Positions 47,966-61,459 of a stretch of 64,000 nt of DNA are shown piece after piece. A model generated the notes under the pieces. It was given only the letters and a program-made list of their open reading frames with translations. It was not told the DNA's origin and ran no database searches. This DNA comes from Malacoraja senta (taxonomy: Eukaryota), in the NCBI GenBank assembly GCA_038087875.1, contig CM075996.1:3040001-3104000 (forward strand), read 5' to 3'. Each line of letters starts with the position of its first letter. The first letter of the stretch is position 1. Both the position numbers and the translations under genes were made by a program.

Positions 47966-49430
47966 GTCACTGGATCAGTTCCTGTGGATTGACGGGTAGC
48001 TAATGTTATCCCACTTTTTAAGAAAGGAGGGAGAGAGAAAGCCGGGATATATAGACCAGTTAGTCTGACATCGGTGGTGGGGATGATGCTGGAGTCAATT
48101 ATAAAAGCCGCATTTGGATAGCAGTAACAGGATCGGTCCAAGTCAGCATGGATTTACAAAGGGGAAACCTTGCTTGACCAATCTTCTGGAATTTTTTGAG
48201 GATGTAACAAGCAAAGTGGATAAGGGAGAGCCAGTGGATGTAGTGTATCTGGACTTTCAGAAAGTCTTTGATAAGGTCCCACACACAAGATTAGTCACCA
48301 AAATTAGACCACATGGTATTGGGGGTAGGGTACTGACATGGATTGAAAATTAGTTGGCAGACAGGAAACAAAGAGTAGGAATTAACAGGTCCGTTTCAGA
48401 ATGGCAGGTAGTGACTAGTGGGGTGCCGCAATGCTCGGTGCTGAGACCGCAGCTATTTACTATATATATATTGATGATTTAAATGAAGGAATTAAAAGTA
48501 ACATTAGCAAATTTGCAGAAAATGCACAAAGCTGGGTGGCAGTGTGAACTGTGCAGAGGATGCTATGAGGATGCAGGGTGACTTGGACAGGTTGGGTGAG
48601 TGGGCAGATGCAGTATAATGTGGATAAATGTGAGGTTATCCACTTTGGTGGCAAGAACAAGAAGGCAGATTAATATCTGAATGGTGTCAAATTAGGAAAA
48701 GGGGAAGTGCAACGAGACCTGGGTGTCCTTGTACATCAGTCACTGAAAGTAAGCATGCAGGTACAGCAGGCAGTGAAGAAAGCTAATGGCACGTTGGCCT
48801 TCATAATGAGAGGATTTGAGTATTGGAGCAAAGAGGTCCTTCTGCAGTTGTACAGGGCCCTGGTGAGACCACATCTGGAGTATTGTGTGCAGTTTGAGTC
48901 TCCTAATTTGAGGAAGGACATCCTTGTGATTGAGGCAGTGCAGCGTAGGTTCACCAGGTTAATTCCCGGGATGGCGTGACTGTCATATGAGGAAAGATTG
49001 AAAAGACTAGGCTTGTATTCACTGGAGTTTAGAAGGATGAGGGGGTATCTTATAGAAACATATAAAATTATAAAAGGACTGGACAAGCAAGATGCAGGAA
49101 AAATGTTCCCAATGTTGGGCGAGTCCAGAACCAGGACCCACAGTCTTAGAATAAAGGGGAGGCCATTTAAGACTGAGGTGAGAATAAACTTTTTCACCCA
49201 GAGAGTTGTAAATTTGTGGAATTCCCTGCCACAGAGGGCAGTGGAGGCCAAATCACTGGATGGATTTAAGAGAGAGTTAGATAGAGCTCTAGGGGCTAGT
49301 GGAATCAAGGGGTATGGGGAGAAGGCAGGCACGGGTTATTGATTGGGGACAATCAGCCATGATCGCTGGCTAGAAGGGCCGAATGGCCTCCTCCTGCACC
49401 TATTTTCTATGTTTCTATGTTTCTATGAAT
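47966..49430 (+). mobile_element. Longest CR1 remnant (degenerate RT domain to 3' end)
   Basis: SQHGFTKGKPCLTNLLEFFE, DVVYLDFQKVFDKVPH, SGVPQ; multiple stops and frameshifts. Confidence 0.95.
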
Positions 49431-50159
49431 GGCAGTGCTGGCTCGAAGGGCTGAATGGCCTACTCATGCACCTATTTTCTATGTATCTATGTATCTAAGG
49501 GTCCATCCATGTTCTTTGGAGGTTCTGCCTGACCCGCTGAGTTACTCCAGCACTTTATGTCCTTTTGTGTATTCACCAGCATCTGCAGTTCACTATTTCT
49601 ATCTCCTCTGACAGTTCTTTCCATACATCCAGCATCCTCAGAGTGCAAATCTTTCCCATCTCACCTTACATAGATACGACAGGTTTGGAGGGATAAGGAC
49701 CAAACGCAGGCAGGTGGGACGAGTGTAGCTGGGACATGTTGGCCGGTGCGGGCAAGTTGGGCCGAAGGGCCTGTTTCTACACTCTTATCACTCTATGACC
49801 TTAATCTTTTCCCCATGAATGTACACTAAGTGCATTGTGTGGAATGACTTTTGAAGCGCTGTTTCACCAGGCACTGCTGTGAATGGAGAATTCGTGAAAA
49901 GATATCATGTCAGACTTTTCGATCAGCAGGTCCAAATAGACCATGTATTAATTGGTGAGAAGATAGACACAAAATGCTGGAGTAACTCAGCGGGACAGGC
50001 AGCACCTCTGGAGGGACGGAATGGGCGACGTGTCTATCTTCGATTTAAACCAGCATCTGCAGTTCCTTGCTACACATTAATTGTTGAGAAACCTTGTCTT
50101 GCACAGCCACAGGCCACCACTAGATGGAGCATCGTGAGCACCCGAATGACTACATGCCT

Positions 50160-50552
50160 TGGAAGGAACTGCAGGTGCTGGTTTACAACGAAGGTGGACA
50201 CAAAATGCTGGAGTAACTCAACGGGACAAGCAGCATCTCTGGAGAGAAGGAATGGATGATGTTTCGGGTCGAGATGCTTCTTCAGTCTGAGAGTCAGGGG
50301 AGAGAGAGAGAGACACACAGAGATAAGGAAGTGTCAGGTGTGAGAACAAGACATCAAAGGGGATGGGGATTAAGAAAAATAGATCATTGTAAGCTGGGAG
50401 AAGGTGACAACGAAACATACAGAGATATCATTTAATCAAGGGGACAGTCAGACTGGTCGGAGAACTAGGAAGGGGGAGGGATGGAGAGAGAGGGAAAACA
50501 AGGGTTACTTGAACTTAGAGAAGTCAATGTTCATACCACTGGGGTGTAAGCT
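50160..50552 (-). mobile_element. 5'-truncated Penelope-like element: ORF end plus terminal repeat
   Basis: Minus-strand SLHPSGMNIDFSKFK stop (50505-50552; PxGxN typical of PLE GIY-YIG C-termini), followed by the abundant terminal motif with a degenerate hammerhead core. Confidence 0.7.
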
Positions 50553-50569
50553 TAATGTGATGTAAATAG

Positions 50570-51130
50570 CAGCTGTATAAGATGTTGATGAGGCTGCATT
50601 TGGAGTATTGTGTTCAGTTCTGGGCACCATGTTATAGGAAAGATGTGGTCAAGCTGGAAAGGGTGCAAAGAAGATTTACGAGGATGTTGCCACGACTAGA
50701 GGGACTGAGCTGCTGGGAGAGGTTGTCGCAGGCTGGGACTCTATTCCTTAGAGCGCAGGAGGATGAGGGGTGATCTTATAGAGGTGTATAAAATCATGAG
50801 AGGAATAGATTGGGTAGATGCACAGAGTCTCTTGCCCAGAGTAGGGGAATCGAGGACCAGAGGACACAGGTTTAAGGTGAAGGGGGAAAAGATTTAATAG
50901 GAATCTGAGGGGTAACTTTTTCACACAAAGGGTGGTGGGTGTATGGAACGAGCTGCCGGAGGAGGTAGTTGACGCTGGGACTATCCCAACGTTTAAGAAA
51001 CAGTTAGACAGGTACATGGATAGGACAGGTTTGGATGGATATGGACCAAGGGCAGGCAGGTGGGACTAGTGTAGCTGGGACCTATCGGCCGGTGTGAGCA
51101 AGTTGGGCCGAAGGGCCTGTTTCCACACTT
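50570..51130 (+). mobile_element. CR1 LINE 3' fragment (second subfamily)
   Basis: LHLEYCVQFWAPCYRKDVVKLERVQRRFTRML; tail gggccgaagggcctgtttcc shared with the SINEs. Confidence 0.9.
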
Positions 51131-51415
51131 GTGCTTGTGTTTCCATTCTTGTGCTTGTGATACATGTGTGGCTGCAAGTAAGAATTTCACTGCGTAGGAA
51201 GGAACTGCAGATGCTGGTTTAAACCGAATAACCGAACAAAATACTGGAGTAACTCAGTGGGGACGGGCAGCATCTCTGGAGAGAATGAATGGGTGACGTT
51301 TCAGGTCGAGACCCTCCTTCGAAACATCACCCAGCCCTTCTCCCCAGAGATGCTGCCCGTCCCACTGAGTTACTCCAGTATTTTGTGTCTTTCTTCTTTG
51401 AGAATGTTATTGTTC

Positions 51416-51448
<33 letters not shown>

Positions 51449-51745
51449 TTATTGGCCAAATATTCACATACAAGGAATTTGCCTTGGTGCTCCACCCACA
51501 AGTAACGACATGACATACAGTGACAGTTACGAATGACTCAGAAAACACTAAACATTAATAATAATAAAACATTAATGATAAAACACCTTTGATCAAGCAT
51601 GTGAACCAACAAAATACCAAATCAAAGGGAGGCATCTGGGACATATGACAATATGTCATATGACAATAAAACACTCTATGATTCTAAGGTACACAAAAAT
51701 GCTGGAGAAACTCAGCGGGTGCAGCAGCATCTATGGAGCATCAGT

Positions 51746-51773
51746 CTGAAGAAGGGTTTCGGCCCGAAACGTT
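51746..51773 (+). ncRNA. Minimal hammerhead ribozyme-like core
   Basis: CTGAAGA-a-GGGT-ttcg-GCCC-GAAACGTT, inside an inverted pair of Penelope-like ends. Confidence 0.5.
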
Positions 51774-51909
51774 GCCTATTTCCTTCGCTCCATAGATGCT
51801 GCTGCACCCGCTGAGTTTCTCCAGCATTTTTGTGTACCTTCGATTTTCCAGCATCTGCAGTTCCTTCTTTAACACTCTATGATTCTAAGTGTGCAGCGTC
51901 ACAGGCTAC

Positions 51910-52716
<807 letters not shown>

Positions 52717-53289
52717 GAGTGGGCGGGCGGGCGTTAGGACCCAGCGGGGCAGAGAGCAGGTGTTGGAGCCGCTGGCAGTGGTTTGGGATCCAGCTGTGCG
52801 CTGGCGCTGTCTCTGCAGGACGTGTCCTCCGAATCCAGGCGGCTGCAGCCCTGCTGTGACCAGTGACCGGACACACACTGTCCACTGGCCGGCTCTGCTC
52901 TCTCTCCGCAGGGTCCTAACGCCCGCCCTCCCTATCCCAGGCACATCCAGCGCTGGGACTGGGCTCCAGTGACCGGTGCAATCGGGACATCCACTTGGTT
53001 GGGACCAGTGCTCCAGAGGCGATCTCCGGGAGATCCAGCGGTGGAAGCGGCGATCCAGAGGAGGTACAGGGACATCCAACTGTGGGAGTGGGGATCCAGT
53101 GGTCCAGTGGCCAGCTGCAGGGCGGGCAGCTCCAGCAGTGGGAGCTGAAAATCCGGAAGTTTCCCAAAGAGATCCAGCGATGAACTAGACCAAGGGGTCC
53201 CAACCTGGGGTAAATTTATCCATTTTTAATTTAATATTTTTTCCTCATTGACTGACTGTGTTTGGTTCTGGTATCTGTTCATCATTAGT

Positions 53290-54080
53290 TAGATACATAG
53301 ATACATAGAAAATAGGTGCAGGAGTAGGCCATTTGGCCCTTCGAGCCTGCACCGCCATTCAATATGATCATGGCTGATCATCCAACTCAGTATCCTGTAC
53401 CTGCCTTCTCTCCATACCCCCTGATCTCTTTAGCCACAAGTGCCACATCTAACTCCCTCTTAAATATAGCCAATGAACTGGCCTCAACTACCCTCTGTGG
53501 CAGAGAGTTCCAGAGATTCACCACCCTCTGTGTGAAAAAGTTTTTCCTCATCTCGGTCTTAAAGGATTTCCCCCTTATCCTTAAGCTGTGACCCCTTGTT
53601 CTGGACTTCCCCAACATCGGGAACAATCTTCCTGCATCTAGCCTGTCCAACCCCATAAGAATTTTGTACGTTTCTATAAGATCCCCTCTCAATCTCCTAA
53701 ATTCTAGCGAGTATAAGCCAAGTCTATCCAGTCTTTCTTCATATGAAAGTCCTGATTCCCGGGAATCAGTCTGGTGAACCTTCTCTGCACTCCCTCTATG
53801 GCTATAATGTCCTTCCTCGGATTAGGAGACCAAAACTGTACGCAATACTCCAGGTGTGGTCTCACCAAGACCCTGTACAACTGCAGTGGAACCTCCCTGC
53901 TCCTATACTCAAATCCTTTTGCTATGAAAGCTAACATACCATTCGCTTTCTTCACTGCCTGCTGCACCTGCATGCCTACTTTCAATGACTGGTGTACCAT
54001 GACACCCAGGTCTCGCTGCATCTCCCCATTTCCTAATCGGCCACCATTTAGATAATAGTCTGCTTTCCTGTTTTTGCCAC
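53290..54080 (-). mobile_element. CR1 LINE 3' fragment
   Basis: Minus-strand ORFs 53704-54021 and 53387-53692 are the CR1 ORF2 C-terminus. Confidence 0.92.
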
Positions 54081-54400
54081 TGTTTATGAATGTTGTTCAT
54101 AAATAAGTGAAATAACATTGTTACGTGCTATTAAAGTTGCCAGAGGTAAACGAGACTATCCAGTGTCCAAGTTGGAAGATACAGCGCGTATCTGCACTGG
54201 GAGATCCAGTGAAAGTATCTGCACTGGGAGATCCAGTGCCCAGGCCGCAAGATCGAGATCCAGTGACTGCCCGGTGATCCAGTGACCGACTGGGACCCAG
54301 TGGTGGGCCGAGAGATCCAGTGTCTGCACGGGGAGATCCAGTGATCGACTGAGATACCGGGAGATCCGGAGAGGGGTCGGAGCGATCCAGTGGAGCGAGT

Positions 54401-54484
54401 ATGAGTGTCCAGGACCCGTGCAAGTGCCCAACTCCCGCCGACACTGCGGACACCAGCAGCCAGTGCGACACCAGTGAAAGAGCT
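54401..54484 (+). CDS. TMPRSS6: Probable first coding exon of TMPRSS6-like gene (MSVQDPCKCPTPADTADTSSQCDTSERA)
   Basis: ATG with A at -3 and an in-frame upstream stop near 54350. Strong donor gtaagt in phase 0, matching the phase-0 acceptor at 56170. Confidence 0.6.
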
Positions 54485-55668
54485 GTAAGTGTGACCAACC
54501 CTGCCCCCCCCCCTCCCCCCACGACCCTCCTCTTCGGGCTGACCACAGCTAGTGTCCACCTCTAGAGTCTGCTTTAGAGGGTTCAAAACATGAGCCCCCC
54601 CCTCCCCTCCCCCCAAGTAGCCCAAAGGATAGGGCTGCTGTCTCACGGCGCCAGAGACCCCGGTTCGATCCTGACCACGGGTGCTGTGTTTGCACGTTCT
54701 CCCCGTGACCCGCGTGGGTTGCCACCGGGTGCTCCGGTTCCCTCCCACACTCCCAAAGACGCGCGGGTTTGTAGGTTAATTGGCCCTCTGTAAATTGCCC
54801 CCCAGTGTGTAGGGAGTGGGTGTGAAAGTCTGAAGAAGGATCCTGAACCGAAACATCAGCTATCCATGTTTAAGAAGGAACTGCAGGTGCTGGAAAATCG
54901 AAGGTAGACAAAAATGCTGGAGAAACTCAGCGGGTGAGGCAGCGTCTGTGGAGCGAAGGAAATAGGCAACGTTTCAGGTCGAAACCCTTCGGTTTCGACC
55001 CGAAACGTTGCCTATTTCCTTCGTTCCATAGATGCTGCCTCATCAGCTATCCATGTTCTTCAGAATTACGGGCTGACCCGCTGAGTTACTCCAGCACTTT
55101 GTGTCTATCTTTGGTGTAGACCAGCATCTGCAGATCCTTCGCCCAGATTATCCGCTGATTACCAAGTCCTATGGGTGTAAATTGTTTGTGAAAGGTGCTA
55201 GATAAATGCAAGAGTTTCTTCTCCATGCTAGTTCAGTTCATTTGGATTCGCCCCATCTCTCCCCCCCCCCTGTCCCCACTACCCACTACCCACCCCTTCA
55301 TGTGTGGGTTGCTGAACAAGTGATGGGTCGACCCAAACGGTGCCCACCCGCCCACTCCTCCTCCACAGATGCTGCCTGGCCCGCTGAGTTCCTCCGGCAC
55401 TTTGCGTCTTTTTCCCCTTTAGCACTTTAGCCGGTGCTGTGAGCGTTTAGTTCCAGGGCCAGCATGTCGGTATTTGTGGAGCCAAGGTACAGGGGCATAG
55501 AGGTTGCGTTATTGAACGCACTGCCAGGGTTGTGGGGTATTGATTTACAGGCCTAAGTTCAAATCTCACCAAGGCAACGGGGGAACTTGAATAACATTTT
55601 TTTTTAAAGTCGTGTAAATAAAAGAGACACAGGGAACACCATGTGCTGGAATCCTGAGCAATATACAT

Positions 55669-55694
55669 TGTGTGGTGTGCGTGCGTGTGCGTGC

Positions 55695-55762
<68 letters not shown>

Positions 55763-55845
55763 CTGTGTGTGTGTGCCTGTGTGTGTGTGTACCTGTGTGT
55801 GTGTGTGTGTACCTGTGTGTGTGTGTGTGTGTGTGTGCCTGTGTG

Positions 55846-55886
<41 letters not shown>

Positions 55887-55919
55887 CTGTGTGTGTGTGT
55901 GTGTACCTGTGTGTGTGTG

Positions 55920-55956
<37 letters not shown>

Positions 55957-56020
55957 CTGTGTGTGTGTGTGTACCTGTGTATGTGTACCTGTGTGTGTGT
56001 ACCTATGGCTGTGTGTGTGT
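55669..56020. repeat. (TG)n microsatellite with tacc/gcc interruptions
   Basis: Direct reading. Confidence 0.97.
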
Positions 56021-56169
56021 CCCAACACATGTACCTATTGTCTATACCCCTTGCACCCCCACCCTCAGCTCACCTGCACCCCAGTGTCAGTGTCTCCAAG
56101 CCAGTGTGAACCCCAATGACTACCTTCACCCAGGTGCCTGTATATGACGCTCGATTCTCTCTCCCCCAG

Positions 56170-56284
56170 GTAGCGATCCCCAACAAGAGAACCAAGGTGT
56201 CCAAGAGAACGATTGTGATCATTGTTCTGTTGCTGGGAGCTGCCGTGCTGACTGGCATTGGCGTCGGCGTCTGGTACTTCTTGT
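56170..56284 (+). CDS. TMPRSS6: Type II signal-anchor exon of TMPRSS6-like protease (VAIPNKRTKVSKRTIVIIVLLLGAAVLTGIGVGVWYFL)
   Basis: Acceptor ctcccccag, donor gtaagt in phase 1. Basic residues, then a hydrophobic helix ending WYFL as in matriptase-2. Same-strand position downstream of IL2RB matches mammalian synteny. Remaining exons were not found in the window. Confidence 0.72.
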
Positions 56285-58724
56285 GTAAGTCATCAGTCTG
56301 CAGCTTGCCGTCTGACTTGTCCTTGCACCACCCATCAACTGCTAATACAGGCCCTTCACCCCACCGAGCCCACGCCGGCCACCGATCACCCGTTGACACT
56401 AGTTCTACGTTATCCCACTTTCTCATCCACTCCCCCCCTACACACTAGGGGCCAATTTACAGAGGGCCGATTAGCCTACAAACCCTTTGGTATGTGGGAG
56501 GAAATCAGAGCCCCAGGAGAAAACACTCGCGGCCGAGACCCTTCTTCAGACTGAGAGTCAGGGGAGGAGGGAACGAGAGATATAGACGGTACAAAGAACA
56601 AAAGAATGGAAGATATACAAAAAAATTAAATGACAGCCAAGGAAAGACACAAAAAGCTGGAGTAACTCAGTAACTCTGGAGAGAAGTAGTGGGTGACGTT
56701 TCGGGTCGAGACCCTTTTTCAGACCGGTTAGGGTTAAGGGAAACGAGAGGTATAGACGATGGTGTAGAGAGATAAAGAACAATGAATGAAAATTACGCAA
56801 AAAAGTAATGTCAAGGAAATGTGGTGCCGGGTTCAGCAACGATGTTGAATTCGGACATGTAGGGTGGCGAATCTGTGGAATTCATTGCCACAGAAGGCCG
56901 GGGAGGCCAAGTCAATGGATATTTTTAAGACAGAGATAGACAGATTCTTGATTAGTACGGGTGTCATGGGGTTATGGGGAGAAGGCAGGAGAATGGGGTT
57001 AGGAGGGAGAGATAGATCGGCCATGATTGAATGGCGGAGTAGACTCGATGGGCCAAATGGCCAAATTCTGCTCCTATCCCTTGTGAACGATGCACCCCTT
57101 GAGCCTGCTCCACCATACAATAGATCCATGCATTGACATCCATTTTCCTTCCTATCACTTATGAACTTATGAGTTGCCCTTGCTGTTGCCGCAGTTCGCA
57201 CTGTGGCTCTCCTTTGCGTATAGAAACATACAAAACACATTTAAAATGTAAAACACATTTTACATACTAAAATTCTAAAATTCTTAAGGGTTTCGACAGG
57301 CTAGATGCAGGAAAAATGTTCCTGATGTTGGGGGAGTCCAGGACCAGGGGTCGCACAGTTTAAGAATAAGGGGTCGGCCATTTAGGACTGAGATGAGGAA
57401 AAACTTTTTTCACCCAGAGAGTTGTGAATCTGTGGAATTCTCTGCCACAGAAGGCAGTGGAGGCCAATTCACTGGATATTTTCAAGAGAGAGTTAGATTT
57501 AGCTCTTGTGGCAGAAGGAATCAAGGGATATGGGGAGAAATCAGGAAAGGGGTACTGATTTTGGATGATCAGGCATGATCACATTGAATGGCGGTGCTGG
57601 CTCGAAGGGCTGAATGGCCTACTCCGGCACCTATTTTCTATGTTTCTATGCCTCTGTGTTAAGCTGCAAGGCCAAAGGCTCCCAGCCTCCCCTCCCCTCC
57701 CCCCTCTCTCCTCAGGGAGTAAGGGCAGGTGTGATTCACTACACTTGCTGAATTAGTTGGTACCAATGAGACACCAAAGTCCCGGCTGGAGCTGGGTCGC
57801 CAAGGTAACCGTGGTCCTGAGAAAGCGAGGCCTCCTGCGTGGTTCGCAGCATATCCCAGGCCGCCCGTTGCCTGGGACACGGAGCTGGGCCTACCTTCAG
57901 GTTACCAACTCCACCCTGGAGTGTACGTTCTCCTCAGAACGACAACAGTACCTGGGTTCAACAAGCAGAGCCAAAGTTCTCACAGAGGCCGGCTGCAATT
58001 CAGTTTCCGGCTTTTAGTTTCGAGATGCAGCGTGGAAACAGGCCCCTTCGGCCCACCGATTCCGCGCCGACCAGCGATCCCCGCACACTTGTTCTATCCT
58101 GCACACTCGGAATAATTGCTTCTGTGTTTTTCCCACAAACGGACACAAAGTGCTCAGCGGGTCAGGCAGCATCTCTGGGGAACACGGATATGCGATGTTT
58201 TCGGTCGGGACCCTTCTTCGGATTATCCCAGTTTCTGATCCGTGTTAACCTACAAACCCTTTGTATCTTTGGGATGCTGGAGGAAACGGGAGCACCAGGA
58301 GAAAAAAACGTACGAGAACGTACAAACTCCGTACAGACAACACCCGAGGTCAGGATCGAACTCGTGAGGCAGAAACTCTATCGCTGCGCCTCCCCTGGTG
58401 AGGGAGTCAAACCATCAGCCTGAGGGCAAGAGACTGTCCCCACACAGGGAATAGGGTAGGGGGGGTTGGTTGGTGAATGCTGAGGCTAGATAAGGCGCTG
58501 GTCAGGCAATAAGTTCTGAAATTCTGGGCACCACATCTGAGGAAGGGCGGTGATTCTGTGGAATTCTTGGCCACAGAAGGCCATGGGGGCCAAGTCAATG
58601 GATATTTTTTAAGGTAGAGATAGATAGATTCTTGATTAGTGCGGGTGTCAGGGGTTATGGGGAGAAGGCAGGAGAATGGGGTTAGGAGGGAGAGATAGAT
58701 CGGCCATGATTGAATGGCGGAGTA

Positions 58725-61459
58725 GACTTGATGGGCCGAATGACCTAATTCTGCTCCGATCAATGAAGATCTTATGTCATTATGAATGCCAGGGAGACGG
58801 AGGGAGGGGGTCGCCAGCGGGATTCCACTCTGGGGAGTGTTGTCGGAGTGTTAGCTGATGCGTTCATCCCCTCGAGTTCCAAATACACAGATGGCCCCCC
58901 AATGGGACCGAATGTCAGATGATAAATACAACAAGCGTATTTAACACAGAGGGTGGCACAAACATGGAATGAGCTGCCAGAGAAAGTGGCAGAGGCACTT
59001 ACGGCATTTATAAATCAAAGTGCAATTACAGCAATTAAATCAAACACCTCCATCAGTCAAGAATAGGCGGCCACGGAGGCGCAGCGGTAGAGTTGCTGCC
59101 TTACAGAGCTTGCAGCACCGGAGACCCGGGTTCCATCCCGACTACGGGTGCTTGTCTGTACGGAGTTTGTACCTTCTCCCCATGACCAGCGTGGGTTTTC
59201 TCTGAGATCTTCGGTTTCCTCCCACACTCCAAAGACAATAGACAATAGGTGTAGGAGTAGGCCATTCGGCCCTTCGAGCCAGCACCGCCATTCAATGTGA
59301 TGTACGGGTTTGTAGGTTAATTGGCTTGGTATATATGTAAATTGTCCCTAGTGTGTGTCGGTTTGTACTGGTGTGTGAGGATCGCTGGTCGATGCGGACT
59401 CGGGGGGCCGGAGGGCCTGTTTCCGCGCTGTATCTCTAAGCTAAACTAAACTGAAGCTAAACTAAACTTTACTAGCCAATACTGTTATTTGCACTTTATC
59501 AGTATATTGACCATTGTGTATATATTTATAGAATGCCTTGTAGTCAATGCCTACTATGTTCTGTTGTGCTCAAGCAAAGCAAGAATTTCATTGTCCTACC
59601 AGGGACACATGACAACAAACTCACTTGACTTGACTTGACTTGACTTGAACTGTGGAAGTTAGATCAAGTATTCAGAGACATACTGAATTGAATCTCCACA
59701 AACTTCCGAGGAAGTAAAGACTTTACTTTACGATAGAACTTTATTTATCTCAGGAGGAGCATTGCTCTGCCAACAGTCATAAAACACAGCAAGATACATG
59801 AAACATGAAATTAAAGTGGCGAGTGGAAAGTCCAGGATTGGGATGTGCAAAGATTGGGGAGGAGGGGGGGTGGGGGGAAGAGGGGAGTCAGTCTAACCCA
59901 CGACAGAAGGGGGAGGAGTTGTACGGTTTGATAGCCACAGGGAAGAAGGATCTCCTGTGGCGTTCTGTGCTGCATCTTGGTGGAACCAGTCTGTTGCTGA
60001 AGGTGCTCCTCAGGTTGACCAGTGGGTCACGGAGGGGGTGAGCTGTATTGTCCAGGATGCTCCGCAGTTTGAGGAGCATCCTCCCGCTCCACGACCATCT
60101 CCAGCGAATCCAACAAATGAGCTTTAATTGTGGTTGCATCCATGCGCTGGGTCCAGGATGGATCACCGGAACTGGGCTGCTTTTACATCTTTACCACCAC
60201 GGGCCACAGGAGACATGCTAACATTTGTTACAAGGGCACGGGACATAGCCCAGTGGCATGGTGGACAACCTGAGTCAGGACAATAGATGGGTTAACATAT
60301 TGAAACATAGAAACATAGAAAATAGGTGCAGGAGTAGGCCATTAAGCCCTTCGAGCCTGCACCGCCATTCAATATGATCATGGCTGATCATCCAACTCAG
60401 TAGCCCGTACCTGCCTTCTCTCCATACCCCCTGATCCCTTTAGCCACAAGGGCCACATCTAACTCCCTCTTAAATATAGCCAATGAACTGGCCTCGACTA
60501 CCCTCTGTGGCAGAGAGTTCCAGAGATTCACCACTCTCTGTGTGAAAAAAGTTCTTCTCATCTCAGTTTTAAAGGATTTCCCCCTTATCCTTAAGCTGTG
60601 ACCCCTTGTCCTGGACTTCCCCAACATCGGGAGCAATCTTCCTGCATCTAGCCTGTCCAACCCCTTAAGAATGTTGTAAGTTTCTATAAGATCCCCTCTC
60701 AATCTCCTAAATTCTAGAGAGTATTAACCAAGTCTATCCAGTCTTTCTTCATAAGACAGTCCTGACATCCCAGGAATCAGTCTGGTGAACCTTCTCTGCA
60801 CTCCCTCTATGGCAATAATGTCCTTCCTCAGATTTGGAGACCTAAACTGTACGCAATACTCCAGGTGTGGTCTCACCAAGACCCTGTACAACTGCAGTAG
60901 AACCTCCCTCCTCCTATACTCAAATCCTTTTGCTATGAAAGCTAACATACCATTCGCTTTCTTCACTGCCTGCTGCACCTCCATGCCTACTTTCAATGAC
61001 TGGTGTACCATGACACCCAGGTCTCGCTGCATCTCCCCTTTTCCTAGTCGGCTACCATTTCCTAGTCGGCCACCATATGACGGCACTGCGCCTGTACTCG
61101 CTGGAGTGGAGAAGGATGAGGGGGGGCCTCATAGAAACTTACCGAATAGTGAAAGGCCTGGATAGAGTGGATGTGGAGAGGATGTTTCCACTAGTGGGGG
61201 AGTCTAGGACTAGAGGGCACAGCCTCAGAATTAAAGGACGTTCCTGTAGGAAGGTGATGAGGAGGAATTTCTTTAGCCAGAAGGTGGTGAATCTGTGGAA
61301 TTCTTTGCCACAGAAGGTGTGGAGGCCAAGTCAATGGATATTTTTAAGGCGGAGATTGATAGATTCTTGATTAGTACGGGTGTCAGGGGTTATGGGGAGA
61401 AGGCAGGATAATGGGGTTGAGAGGGAAAGATAGATCAGCCGGGATTGAATGGCGGTGTG
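58725..61459 (+). repeat. Tandem duplication unit 1 (about 2.74 kb; SINE, Rex-like and CR1 pieces)
   Basis: Matches 61460-63995 with offsets 2735 then 2536. Confidence 0.95.

Noticed and set aside
47966..49342. Functional reverse transcriptase gene
   Set aside because: 5'-truncated CR1 with several stops and frameshifts.
57901..58015. Possible third TMPRSS6 exon after ccttcag
   Set aside because: The in-phase translation (CYQLHPGVYVLLRTTT...) does not resemble a SEA domain, has no clear donor and runs into a SINE.
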